From the NCBI RefSeq assembly GCF_009914755.1, contig NC_060932.1: DNA of 64,000 nt. One strand, 5' to 3'. Positions 1 through 12,775 of this stretch are shown piece by piece. Position 1 is the first letter of the stretch. The number at the start of each line of letters is the position of its first letter. The position numbers and the translations under genes are program-made. The notes beneath the pieces are model-generated. The model did not search any database. It saw only the letters and a program-made list of their open reading frames with translations, and had not been told where the DNA came from. The stretch is from the human T2T-CHM13v2.0 reference genome, Homo sapiens.

Positions 1-737
1 CTGCAGGAAGCTATCATAATCCTGACTGCAAGCCACCTATTTGAAACTTATTTGAGTTAGATCTTACGTTATATTTATTTGACCTTTTTCATCTGTCCAG
101 TTTTCTTCTTGAGTTTATTCAGTTACCTAAAGAAACTGAAAATTACTTGTAGATAGAAATCACATTTCATAATTTGCTTATAATTCCCCTCAGGCCTTCT
201 GCATTTTATGCATATTGAACATTACACAATTTAATGAATGGATCATTGGAAAATCTCTCATTATGTACACGATTATAGATGCAATACATTTTCATAAGTT
301 ATATAATTGTTTTATTTATTTTTACAATTAAGGCTGAAGATTGAGGTCTATATGCACTAATCTATTCTTGATGCAATGGTTTATTAAAATGCCCTTTTAA
401 ATTATAGTAAGTTTTTGCATTGAAATTGGTTTGTCCTTGCTTAACAGATTCGATCATTAAGAACAGTAAAGAGTTTCTCTCACTGAAATCATTAATACAT
501 TTACTTATACAGAGATAGATAGATAGGTGCTGGCATATACTTACAAGCTTATGAATAACACAGTTAGTTGCTTCACATTGACTCATTTCAGAAATGTCAC
601 TGTAAGTCACAAAATATTTTGTGAAATGATTGTAGTATACTTTCGGCTACAACACTGAGTCTGTTATACCTGAGAAGAAATTAGACTCTGTGGGGGGAAA
701 AAGACAGAAAAATTTCCAAAATCAAATTTTTAACACC

Positions 738-832
738 AGGGTTGCTGTGAGCCTTACCCCAGGGGGTGCCGTTTGTGGCATGGTCTGTGGAGTTAAACAG
801 TGTAGGCTATGTGGTTTTATATGGCAGCCCTG
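738..832. mobile_element. MER91-like hAT-Tip100 MITE relic
   Basis: CAGGGTTGC...GGCAGCCCTG terminal inverted repeats, internal GGGGGTGCC motif. Confidence 0.45.
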
Positions 833-1145
833 CAGAAACCAGAGAGTATACAAAAAGGTATCATAAAATTTTGAACTTTAGTGCCACTGCTCAGTTAAGT
901 AGTCTTCAAACTCTTATGGATATTTAGTCAATCTGTTGTAATCCATGATGTTAGAATGTACAATGGTCCTTACCAATCATTTTATTTGGTAGAAAAGAAA
1001 AATAAGATATATCAATGAGAAGTAAATTATATATTTAAAATACATATACATAACATAGAGTTAAGAAATAAAGCACAAAATATATGACAAGCCTCTAAAT
1101 ATTAAGTACTTTTCATAGTCTAAATTTCTACTACTATACCGTAAC

Positions 1146-1611
1146 TAAGGGAGGAGGCCACCCCTCATATTGTCTTATGCCCAATTTCTGCCTCCAAAGA
1201 AAAAAAAAAGTGAAAACTAAAAGGCAGAAATGACACCCACAGGAAGACAGCCCGGCGCCACACCCTGGGCCTAGTAGTTAAAGACTGACCCCTGACCTAA
1301 TCGGTTATGTTATCTATAGATTACAGACATTGTATGGAAAAGCACTGTGAATATCCCTGTCCTGTTCCGTTCTAATTACCAGTGCAGGTGCATGCAGCCC
1401 CCAGTCACATACCCTCTGCTTGCTCAATTGATCACGACCCTCTCACACAGACCCCCTTAGAGTTGTAAGCCCTTAAAAGCGTCAGGAATTGCTCACTCAG
1501 GGAACTCGGTTTTTGGAGACATGAGTCTGCTGATGCTCCTGACTGAATAAAGCCCTTTCCTTCTACAATTCGGTGTCTGAGGGATTCTTGTCTGTCACTC
1601 GTCCTGCCATA
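1146..1611 (+). mobile_element. LTR2/LTR2B solo LTR (HERV-E/Harlequin, ERV1)
   Basis: Starts TAAGGGAGGAGGCCACCCCTCATATTGTCTTATGCCCAATTTCTGCCTCC as in LTR2; AATAAA at 1546; ends GTCCTGCCATA; 4-bp TSD TAAC at 1142-1145 and 1612-1615. Confidence 0.9.
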
Positions 1612-2043
1612 TAACCATTAAAATTGTGTCTTGCTTATACGAGGATTACATCTCAAAATAGGAAAATATTTTGTAGTGATATTTCAGTCTCCAAATAAGA
1701 CCATCATTTATGGAAGTTAAAATTAACTACTTCTGCTAAATTAATACAGGTTTGAGCTTTCATATTAACTATATGTTCTGGGTTTTTTATGTAACAGTAT
1801 CTTTTAGACACTATTCAACCACATAGAACATTGAAAATCAAGATTTATAACCTAACATTATTTTTTAAAATGCTTTCTAACATAAATCCTTTTTGTAAGA
1901 CTTCAAGGCACAGGGAAATAAACATAATACCTACTTCATCAACACCTTACTTGGTTAAATGCAAATGAAAGAGTAGATTGTATATGTTTGTATAATATAA
2001 CCTCTCCGTATTTATAAAGCTACATGGAAAATGCAACTAATGC

Positions 2044-2405
2044 TGCTATAGTCTGAATGTTTGTGTCCGCCTGAAAATTCACATGTTAATACCCAATCTG
2101 CAGTGCAATAGTATTAAGAGCTGAGGTTTTTAAGATGCAGTTTGGTCATGGGAGCAGAGCCCATATGAATGGAATTAGTGCCTTTACGAAAGAGCTCTGA
2201 GGAAACTTGTTTGCCCTTTCAACATGTGGGTACTTAGAAGGTGTCATCTATGAATCACATAGTGAGGTCTCACCAACCGCCAAATCTGCCGATGCCTTGA
2301 TCTTGGACTTCCAGACTCCAGAACTGTTGAGCAATACATTTTTGTCATTTATAAGCCACCCAGTTTAAGGTATTCAGTTATAGCAGCCCAAACAAGACTG
2401 AGACA
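2044..2405 (+). mobile_element. MLT1A-type MaLR LTR
   Basis: TGCTATAGTCTGAATGTTTGTGTC start; CCTTGATCTTGGACTTCCAG and TATAGCAGCCC...GAGACA end. Confidence 0.85.
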
Positions 2406-2441
2406 CATGGGAAAAGAGGGTGCATAGGTATACATACTCAC

Positions 2442-2972
2442 TGTGATAGTTTTATGTCAATTTGATTGGGCTAAGGGATGCCCAGATAGTTGGTAAAGCA
2501 TTATTTCCAGGTGTGTCTCTGAGGGTGTGTCTGGAGGAGATTAGCATTTTGATTCGTGAACCAAGTAATGCAGATGGCTCTCCCTAATGTGGGTGGGCAT
2601 CACTCAAGCCACTAGAACTTGCAAAAAACAAAAAGGCAGAGGAAGGGCACATTTGCTTTTTTCAAGCTGGAAATATCCATCTTCTCCTGCCCTCAGACAT
2701 TGACACTCCTGGTTCTCACGCCTTCAGACTCAGACAGAATTACTCCACCAACTTTCTTGGTTCTCCAGCTTGCAGATAGCAGAACATGGAACTTCTTGGT
2801 CTCCATAATAGTGTAGGCCAATTTCCATAATTAATATATATTAATTTATATGGGAGATACTGTTAATTTTATAACAGTATTATAAATAATAATAGATCTT
2901 ATTTATTAATAAGAGATACAAATATATCTCTATTGGTTCAGTTCTGCTTCTCTGAAGAACCCTGACTAATCC
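2442..2972 (+). mobile_element. MLT2 (ERVL) LTR
   Basis: TGTGATAGTTTTATGTCAA...GGGCTAAGGGATGCCCAGATAG start; GAAGAACCCTGACTAAT end. Confidence 0.85.
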
Positions 2973-5900
2973 ACCCACTTTAGCCCAGTTTAATAGGCCA
3001 ATTTAATTAGTCTAGAATAGAAGACATAGACTGTCTGTATAATTGATCGGATGCAGCTATAGGTTAACTTAGGCCATCTAGGAAAACATCTTTCAGGATC
3101 TGACAAGCTCAATAGTTCTTCTGCCTCTGCTCTTTTATACTTGAAGCTTACATTTCCTTTCTGGAAAACCTAAAATTACAATTTAAGAAAATATTACCTA
3201 GGCCACAGTCTCCTAGGGGGAGAAAGCAGAGTTATCTGTGAGGCATACCCAAAGAACATCTCTGCCTCCAGGTTTCTAGCATTCTGAAAAGCTCACTTTC
3301 CTGCATTCCCCCACCAGCCCCACACTTGTGCCTGGGTGATTCACGCATTGTTTAGTTCAAGGACCATCATCACAACTCTACTTTCTGAAATATAATATTT
3401 GATGTAGAGAAAAATAACACCTTTTTTTCACTAGAAATTAACAAGAATATTTTGCCATTCATATTCTTAATTATGTGGCTTTGTGAATCTTTCTAAATCC
3501 ACATAAGAGTCAGATGTTGCTATAATCCCTCATTCTCATTCTCTCCTGGCTTCTGATGTGTGTCCTCAGTTGGGAAAGATGCCTTCGTGGCTTTTGGTAG
3601 CTGCACTCAGATTAGGGGTTTCTCCATGATAACAGTGTGTTCTGTGCTCAGGACTCAGTTGTGCAGGAAATGTTGCAATGCAGAGATTCCATAGCAGTTC
3701 CTAGGGATGAGAAGTTTCTGCATGTAAAGTGACACAGTAATTATAACACTATCAGAATGTGTATTTATCTCAAAGAGTATCAGATGAAGCTTTGTGAGCT
3801 GCTTTGATTTTTCTAAGTAATGAGGGAAATTTCAAAAGGGGTTAGCTACATTACCATCCTCATGTAGTTGACAGTCTAGTGAGGTTAATAAGGAGCCACC
3901 CGAGACCATATTTGTTCCTCAGGTACTTAATTGCATTGGATAACTTATTAGTGCATAGTGGAATTTGAGTTCTGAGAAATAAACCATCATCAAATCCAAA
4001 ATAACACAGGAAGACCTTCTAAGAATAGCACAATTATGACATTTACTAAGAGTTTGGGAATTCGGCCAATCCAAAATTCCTGAGAAGTTATTATGCTTCG
4101 TGATTATGAGAAAATTGTGTTAATATTTAAAATTTCTGCTTACTAGTTAGCATAAAACTCCTAACAACTAAATAGGAAGTAGAGGCCGTCAGAGAAAGAT
4201 GTGCATATGGATAAATGTCACAGTTATACATTGATATTTTTGCAGCCTATGTTGATGTGTGTGTGTATCCATACTTCTACCAAAAAAAAAAAATCTAAAG
4301 GGCAACATATGGTTTACTTTATCCCCCCCCCAAAAAAAAAATTCAACAAACTCTGATTTAGCCTTCCTATATTGTCACCAGATAGTTCAGAAGCTTTTGG
4401 ATTGGGTGGAATGATGAGCTTGGTAGTAGAATTACTCTCTCCCCTACCCTATTCTGTCTTCTCCTAACTTCTCTCCCTCTATTAATTCCTCCACCGCATT
4501 CCTCTTCTATGACAAACTAGCTGGGAATTTGCAAAAGTAGATTTTTGAAAAGGATATCTACTTAAAAGTCTTGGCTGCTAGTGGTCAAACTAGCAGAAAA
4601 TTCGGGAAATGTGTAATTTGTGAATATGTAAAAATGATTTGGGGACACTAAACTACTGCAGAGAAGATTGATTTTTTTACTTCTTTGGGGAATGGAAGAA
4701 TAACCATAGAAGTGGTAATAAATAATACACTTGACTGGTTGTTTGATGGCATGTTTAACTGGAAAAGCTATCGTAAGATGCGAATAACGAGATGGGTGAG
4801 GGAAACACTGAAAATGAGAGATTTGGTGACAGAATGAATGAGAGAGGATGAGTGGGTGAATAAACTAAAATTCACATCTACACCAAAAGCACTCTGATAT
4901 TTTGTGAAAATTTTCCTGTAATTTGCAGGTGATTTCTACAAATGTCAGAAGTACCATTGCTCATCCATTAGACTGATACAGACAACTGAAAAATAGAATG
5001 CCTACATGAAATTCTGACTACGCCTTTACCAAACATTTAGAAGTCATAACATACATGTTAAAAAAAAAGTTCTGGAAAAAATACACTTGAACTCTAAGAC
5101 TTACAAGTCTGTGTACATAATTTAAAATTGTTTTAAAAGAGGAAAATAGTGATGATGTGTTGGTATCATCGGTAGCCCAGAAACCTAATATTCCCTACTT
5201 GTCTTTCTCTCCTTGTTTTCTCTTGCTTGCTATCTATTTTGTTCATTAGCTTCTCTGCTATATAATGGTAGAAAGGAGAAAAAAATCATTTTTTGACTAT
5301 TAATGAACTGGCTTAATATTTGATTAGGAAGAGGTTTGAATGAAATTAGGGATTTCAGTAATTCATGCCACCCTTGATTTTTGATTCCAGGGAAAATGAG
5401 AATTGGTGAGCTCTATGCCAAATAGATGGATTATATTTCTATTAAGTAAGCACTCTAATGTTCTAAATTTTTCTTACCACAAATAGTTTAAAAAGAAGTC
5501 ACATATTTAGTGCCTTATTTCATACTGTAAAAATATGAAAGGTGCATAGATTAACCTATTATTCCACATACAACGCAAGCATAATCCTGACATCATAATC
5601 CTTTTAAAATATTTGTAAATCTGAAAGTAGGTGAAAGTATCATGCCAAAAAAAAAAAAAAAAATAAGAGCTCATGTATTTATTTCATACAAGTGGACACA
5701 GCATCTCAGTTCCCAAGCATGAATCAGTTTTATAGCTGGAAAGAACCTAAGCAGTTTCAACCCCCATCTGCATAATTATTTGGTTATTCATAATATTTGG
5801 CAATCTAGAGTTCTTCAGGCAATTTTTCATTCTGTTCAATGTCAGTAACAGAGACAAAAGTTAACTCAGTTCAGTCCGATTAAATAGACAGCATCTATGT

Positions 5901-6310
5901 GTCCTCCATGGTCTCAGTTTCTGGGGAGCAGTCCTTATTTTTTCTTGTTATTGATCAGGTCCCTTCACTGGGTCCAACAGCTGGGTGCCAGGGACATCAT
6001 CTCCTTTATCTGTGCTCTTGTGGTAGCAGTTTCCTGCTCCTGCCAAAATCTAAGTCAATTTACTTTGTGTTGTTTGCCTTTTCAGCTCTCTAGGACCTTT
6101 GGAAGTCGTTCCCTGGGTTAAATTATCTGTTTCCAGCTGAAACCTGACTGATGCATTTGGGGATAATAATAACTTTGGTTACTGACAGGTGATAGCAATG
6201 AGCATTGGGGGTGGGCGGGGGGTGGGGGGTGTCCTAGGAAATACCCAGGTGGAGCCAGGTACAGTATTTCTTGTGTGTTTACTTTTTTAAATTTTCATTC
6301 CAGCTTAGAC

Positions 6311-6393
6311 ATACAATGCAATACAATACAATACAATACAATACAATACAATACAATACAATACAATACAATACAATACAATACAATACAATA
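6311..6393. repeat. (AATAC)n pentanucleotide microsatellite, ~16 units
   Basis: 14 perfect ATACA units at 6321-6390 plus flanking imperfect units. Confidence 0.97.
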
Positions 6394-6445
6394 ATGTCCT
6401 AGCGATGTCAAATTGCTGTAAAAGCTTGTAAACACAGGCTTGGCG

Positions 6446-6572
6446 CCCTTTCTTTTTCTCCTTCCTTCCTTCCTTGGTGCCCTTTCTTTCCCTCCCTCCC
6501 TCCCTCCCTCTCTCCCTCCCTCCCTCCCTCCCTCCTTCCCTCCCTCCCTTCCTTCCTTCCTTCCTTCTCTCT
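6446..6572. repeat. (CCCT)n/(CCTT)n polypyrimidine tract at the Alu tail position
   Basis: Nearly pure C/T run directly abutting the 3' end of an antisense Alu. Confidence 0.9.
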
Positions 6573-6844
6573 CCGTCACCCAGGCTGGAGTGCACTGGTG
6601 CAATCTCAGCTCACTGCAGCCTCCGCCTCCCTTGATTTGACTTCAAACAATTTTCCTGCCTCAGCCTCCCGAGTAGCTGAGATCACAGGTGCACACCACC
6701 ATGCCTGCCTAATTTTTGCATTTTTAGTAGACATGGGGTTTCACCTTTTTGGCCAGGCTGCTCTCAAACTCCTGACCTCAGGTGTTCCACCTGCCTCGGC
6801 CTCCCAAAGTGCTGGGATTACAGGCATGAACCACCATGCCAAGC
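6566..6844 (-). mobile_element. Alu (AluS-like)
   Basis: CAGGCTGGAGTGCA...CCTCCCAAAGTGCTGGGATTACAGG antisense Alu motifs. Confidence 0.95.
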
Positions 6845-7449
6845 ATTGGCTTTCACTTTCTAAATTCATCTTGTGCTAGAGTAGCCACACACAATTCACG
6901 AACCACTGCTGCTGGTCCACAGACAGCTCTTTGAGTAGCACTAGCCTAGTAGAGAGCTAGAAAAGAAAACTGCTCTGCAGATTAGAAAAAGATGTGGAAG
7001 TTAAACATAAAATTTTGGAGTCACTGGCGAATCAGTAGTAGTTGAAAACATAGAATTGGAAAATCAAAAAACCAATAGGGAGAGGAAATGGACAGACAGA
7101 AGTAGGCTAAAGGCAGAGCGTTAGCAAACACCATACTTTGGCCAATGGCAAGTAGGTACTCTGCAGAAGCAAAGACTAAAGGTGAGAACTGAGATGACAC
7201 AGGAAGAAGAGAAGCACAGCTCCCCAGCATGGCATTCCGGTGCCTTGCAGGTGGTCTCCTGACCCTGCATGCCTCACAGAGGCACTCAGTTCAGTACAAC
7301 CTGCTGATTAAGGCTGGCACAGAAACATATTACCCGTTTTAGAAAGAATTTCATCAAAACAGTTAACATAAAAGGGTTGGGGTAATTTACTTGGAAAACT
7401 CACTCATGAAGAACACTGCCTTAATTGATGATGATACTGATAAATCTGA

Positions 7450-8040
<591 letters not shown>

Positions 8041-8069
8041 AGGTAATATGTGAGATTCATTGGCAAGCT

Positions 8070-8290
8070 TGGCTTATAGTAAAGATATGTAGGCTTTGGG
8101 ATCACATGGGCCAGGCTTTAAGTCCTCTAATCACTAACTCTGTGATCTTGGATTTGTCTCTTTCCTGGGCATGAACTTCTTGTTCATAAAATGGTAATCA
8201 ATATTATGTACATTTAGGGCCGTTGTGACCACTGAAAATGAAAATGAAACATATAAACTGCTAGCACAAAGTTTCAATAAATGGTAGTTA
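8070..8290 (+). mobile_element. MIR fragment
   Basis: GGCTTTGGGATCACA...CTGTGATCTTGG...TAAAATGG...CAATAAATGGTAGTTATTA resembles MIR. Confidence 0.5.
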
Positions 8291-9996
8291 TTAGTATTAA
8301 ATGATGGAGGTCAGCATTCAAGAACATAATTCGATCGTTTTGATCTTCTGGTCGCCAGCCTGAACATGCACTACGCTGAGAAACAAGCAACATGAGGGAA
8401 CCCCCAGGGGCTGTTGCCCAGGATGGAGTGGAGTGGCCTCTTAGTCCAGCAACTGACAATGCTTTTCTATTTAGTGACTCTCTTATCTCAGCCTTGCTGT
8501 GAGCTGCCTTTTTTCAGTGTGATTGCTTCTAGCAAATCCTCCAGCTCCTCCTAAGGTGCATTCCTCGCTGCTTTTTTCTATTTCCTCAGAAGAACTATGG
8601 TTGTTAAGGGGAAAAGACAAATTGAGCTTGTTCAATCAATAACTTTAATTTTACATACAATTCTAAGACAATGGAGTCTGATCTGAGGGCTGAGGGGTTC
8701 TCAAGTCTTTTTCTGTGGAATTAAGAGCACAGATTCACAGACTTTGTTTACCTTAGCCCTGCCAGATCGCTACAATCTCTTGGGCAGATCTTTTAAAAAA
8801 AAAACAACACAGGCCTATCCGTTCTCCCTCAACCTAGAGACCTGGCATTAGTTGGGAGTACTGCAGGTGATTGTGTTTCGTGGTCTGAAAACCGCTGATG
8901 TATGCCAGGATTTCAGGGGGAGCTCTGGACAGACAGGGTGGTCTGACTGACCCTGGGTTAATTGAGGGACTGCTGTACCACTCTTAGGCAAGAAAATGGG
9001 TACAAGCATCCCACTGATCCAATACAGGCATGCTGGGGGTACTCTGGATATTTGACTGACATTTTCCCTGGCATAGCCAATCATTAGAACAAGTGCCACT
9101 TGGAGCGGGGACTGGATTCCAGAACTCTTTATTTTTTTACTTTTCCTCTGAAGCTGCTTTGGTTGTTTTGTTTTCAGAGATGCTCTCCTTTTGTGAGGCT
9201 TGCATCTGTTTATAATATGTTATTATTCAGCTTACGGGCTTTTATACATTTAAAGTTTCCCTAGTTGTTGACACAACTTAGGTACGTACCCATCTGGAGA
9301 AAGACTAGTGAAAACTCTGAGCTCATGTCTTTTCAAGCTCACATTTTCCCGTAAGAAACCATTTTGGCAGTCAGAGGATTAGAGCTAATAACTGCATGTC
9401 CCTAGGCTCCCTGCTTGCTAGGAATAGTCCCACTGTCCAGAGTCACCTGTGAATAATGGTTAAATTACATTCTGATTCGTGTATGGATGCTTGTTTGGGT
9501 ACTAGTCAAATATTGTTACATACTTTTAGAGACAGAAACCTCTGTGAAACAAAAGAATTCCAAGCCTAGGATAATGGCCCACTTCTGAAGAATAAACAAC
9601 ACAATAAAATTCTAGTACAAACAACTAATTTCAACATTCTCTGAAAATCTGTAGCAGTCCTTAACATTTTCAGTCCCCAAAACAAGAAAACTATGTCCTA
9701 AATCAGCAAACATTAGGGATTATGAGAGCAGTTTTATTGGCATAATTGATAAGACAATATTTACTGAAATATTCCAGCATAGATGTTTTATTGTGTTCTC
9801 TCTGTCTCTTTAACCACATCTTTTATTGGTTTTTGGTTTTGGTGATGACAATTTGGGGCTATTAAATCTACACTGGGCAATAGTAAAACCCTAAATGAGA
9901 ACCTTAATAATAAGAGTTAGGGGTCCTACTAAGTGAACTCCTTGGCATATACTTTATTATCAAGAAGTAGTTTAGGCAATAGAAAAGCTAAAACTT

Positions 9997-10306
9997 GGTC
10001 GGCGCAGTGGCTCACGTCTGTAATCCCAGAACTTTGGGCGCCTGAGGCAGGTGGATCACCTGAGGTCACGAGTTCCAGGCTAGCCTGGCCAACATGGCAA
10101 AATCCCGTCTCTACTAAAAATACAAAAATTAGCTGGGCGTGGTGGCCCGTGCCTATAATCTTAGCTACTCGGGAGGCTGAGGCAGGAGAATTGCTGAACC
10201 CAGGAGGTGGAGGTTGCAGTGAGTGGAGATCATGCCACTGCACTCCAGCCTGGGTGACAGAGTGAGACTCTGTCATCAAAAAAAAAAAAAAAAAAAAAAA
10301 AAGAAA
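9997..10306 (+). mobile_element. Alu (AluSx-like) with TSD AAGCTAAAACT
   Basis: Full dimer, long poly(A), TSD on both sides. Confidence 0.96.
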
Positions 10307-10369
10307 GAAAGCTAAAACTCATTGGTTACATTCCTGATTTTCAAAGCATCGATCATAGGGGAATCTTTT

Positions 10370-10780
10370 ATGATTTTATAAGTGAGTCTTCTGGAAAGAA
10401 ACTTAACTCAAAATGGCATAAGCAAGAAAGACAATTTATTGGTGCATTACTTCAGAAGTTCAGGATTTGACTGGTTTTAGAGGTGACTGTCTTCGGATGG
10501 CCATTGATGTCATCAGGGCACTTTTCTGTCTCCATTGCTCAGTTTGGCTTTTTTTCTGGTTTTGTTTTATTCTCCAGTAAGTTGACTCCAGCTGCTGCAC
10601 GCATATATGATATGGTCCCAGGAGCTGCCCTGTCAGTCAGGGAAAGGACCCTCCTCCTTTGTTCTCAGACGATATTCTAATTGGCTGGCCTGGGTCATAT
10701 CCCTCACAATGTCAGGAAGCTCTGTGGGCTAGTCACACCCAATGGGAGGGGGAAATTCCTAAAAGGAAGGGATTGGGGCA
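10370..10780 (-). mobile_element. Old MLT1 (J/K-like) LTR relic
   Basis: AGAAACTTAACTCAAAATGGCATAAGCAAGAAAG..AATTTATTGG and ATTGGCTGGCCTGGGTCATAT motifs; highly diverged. Confidence 0.5.
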
Positions 10781-11689
10781 AAGAAGTGGGGAAAAAAAGT
10801 ATACTTGAGAGGGAGAGAAGTTGGTTCCATTTGCTATGGGAATGATGAAAAATAGTTTATTTCTATTGTTATATGACTTTTGGAGTTAATGGAGACCACA
10901 ACGTAATCTGTGATAACAAGGAATGTATTAGTATGCCAAAGGAAAGTTCCATTTAAATCCCAGTATCATGTCACTTTCTTAAAATGGTAATCTTTAAATA
11001 GAAAAAAAATATATTATTATAAAGTCTGAGTTTTATTTAGTTGGCAACTTCTTAACTATTATGAAACAATAGATTCATTGAATTGAAGCACAATTCAAAT
11101 ATAAACGATCTTTCTGAGAAAATGAGATGAGTGAAATCGTATTGTTAATGTACCAGAGATTAAAAAGAAATCCTTGCTCAATATTTTCTAGAAGAAACAA
11201 TTATTTTGTGAGTCCATATCCCATTCAAATTCATTTTGATAAAGATGGATTTTATCTTTTAGACTTCCCAATAGCAAAATTAAATTACAATGTGTTTAGT
11301 CTTCCTAAAACAAATCCTCTCCTGAAACAACCAAGTTATTAAGCAAATCTAAGCAGAAAGTATTCTCAAATACTATATTAGGCGATTAATAATGACGCAC
11401 CCCAAAGCATTTCATTTTAAAACATCAGCTGGCCCACATTTCAGAGGTAGTACATCATGCTTGATATTTTTCGTTATTTACTATTTTCTCCAAACATTTT
11501 TTTGAAGTCTTAAAAATGCCTTCAGAAATTAAGCTAGGACGCTCCATCTGAGTATATGAAAGTTAGTAAACAGAAAATGTCAAGCACCAAGACGTTTGGA
11601 TGGCTGGACTACCAGGTGGGGTTATCTCATTCAGGGCACAGGCTCTACGTCTCCAGTGCTGAGCGATCTGCACTGGGGTGGCAGTCCGA

Positions 11690-12775
11690 GATCCAGCGGT
11701 ATCACCGGGTGGGAGCAGGGTGGGGGTGCTTGCGTGCGGACATAGGTGGGAGTGGGGGATAGGGAGGAAATGGAGGCGCCGACCGAGTGGAATGGGGGGT
11801 GGGTCAGGGATGGGGTGGGATGGGCATCAGTAGCGGGGTGGAGATGTTGAGAGAGAGGCAGGGCTTGGAGTGGAGGTGCGAGAAGGGTGGGGACCCGGAA
11901 GGTGGGGTGGGGGCGGGATGGAGGCGGGGCGGGGTGTACGAGGGGCGTGTACACTGGCTCAGGGACACGCGCTCTCGGCCACAGCAACTGGCTCCAAGTT
12001 CCCTCCCTCACTCTCCGGCGAAGCCTGCCTGAGCCCTCCCACTCGGTGCAGACCGAACCATCGCGGCCGCCGCCAGCCGGGCCCTTCGCGGCCGCGCGTC
12101 CTGGGCCCGTTCCGCCAGCCCCGTCTGCTCTCTACCCGCGGCCCCGCGGCGGCGACCGTGAACACTCGGCGGCCCCTACAGCCCGCTCTCGGCCCTTCGT
12201 CCCTCGCGGGCCCCGACTCTCCCTCCTTGCAGTCCCCCGGAGCCTGGCTCCCGGCTCGGGCCGCACCGCCAGGGACTGGGGTGAGCGGCCCAGGTAAGAC
12301 TGGGCCGTGGGGGCCGGGAGAGAGACTGCTGGGCGGGGGTTGGGATTCGGGTTCAGTGGTCGCGCCGCGCCCCGACTGCGGACAATGCGGGAGCTGCGCG
12401 CGGCCAGGCGGCGCGGAGCTAAGCCGGCTCTGCGCCTGCAGCTTCCCCGCCCGGCCCGGGTCTCCGTTGAGCCCGGCCTCACTGGCCCAGGCGGACCCCG
12501 TCCGGCTTTCTGGGCTGCCGGGGGAGGCGCAGCGCCGCTGCCTGCCCCGCGCCCCCTCTGCGCTCGGCTTGGCTGCACGTCCCGGGCTCGGCTAGGAGGC
12601 TGGGCACGGGGCCGGGGCTGGAGCCGGGGTTGGAGCCAGGGCGGGGGGAAGCTGGCCGCGCTGCGGAGCGGAGGTGGGCTCCGAAAGCGCGCCGCCGGTT
12701 GCTGCTGGAGGAGTGGGACTACGAAGGATGGGGACTCCGCTCGGCCACCGCTCCTGAATGGTCTCTAATCTCGGT
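11690..12775. promoter_or_regulatory. CpG-island promoter with GC boxes (Sp1/KLF)
   Basis: Very GC-rich, dense CpG (e.g. gcggccgccgcc, gcggccgcgcg) against a CpG-depleted background; GGGGCGGG boxes at ~11910-11935; no obvious TATA. Confidence 0.95.
12000..12293 (+). other. Non-coding first exon (5' UTR); start approximate
   Basis: Strong donor CAG|GTAAGA at 12293/12294 inside the island, downstream of GC boxes; second donor GGG|GTGAGC at 12280; no ATG between 11950 and 12293. Confidence 0.75.

Larger units (their letters stand above)
6394..6945. mobile_element. MER117-like hAT-Charlie relic interrupted by Alu
   Basis: GATGTCAAATTGCTGTAAAAG before the Alu and GGTCCACAGACAGCTCTTTGAGTAGCACT after it. 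Confidence 0.5.

Noticed and set aside
6295-6640. ORFs with (YCIVL)n and (GREG)n repeats
   Set aside because: Translations of the (AATAC)n and (CCCT)n microsatellites.
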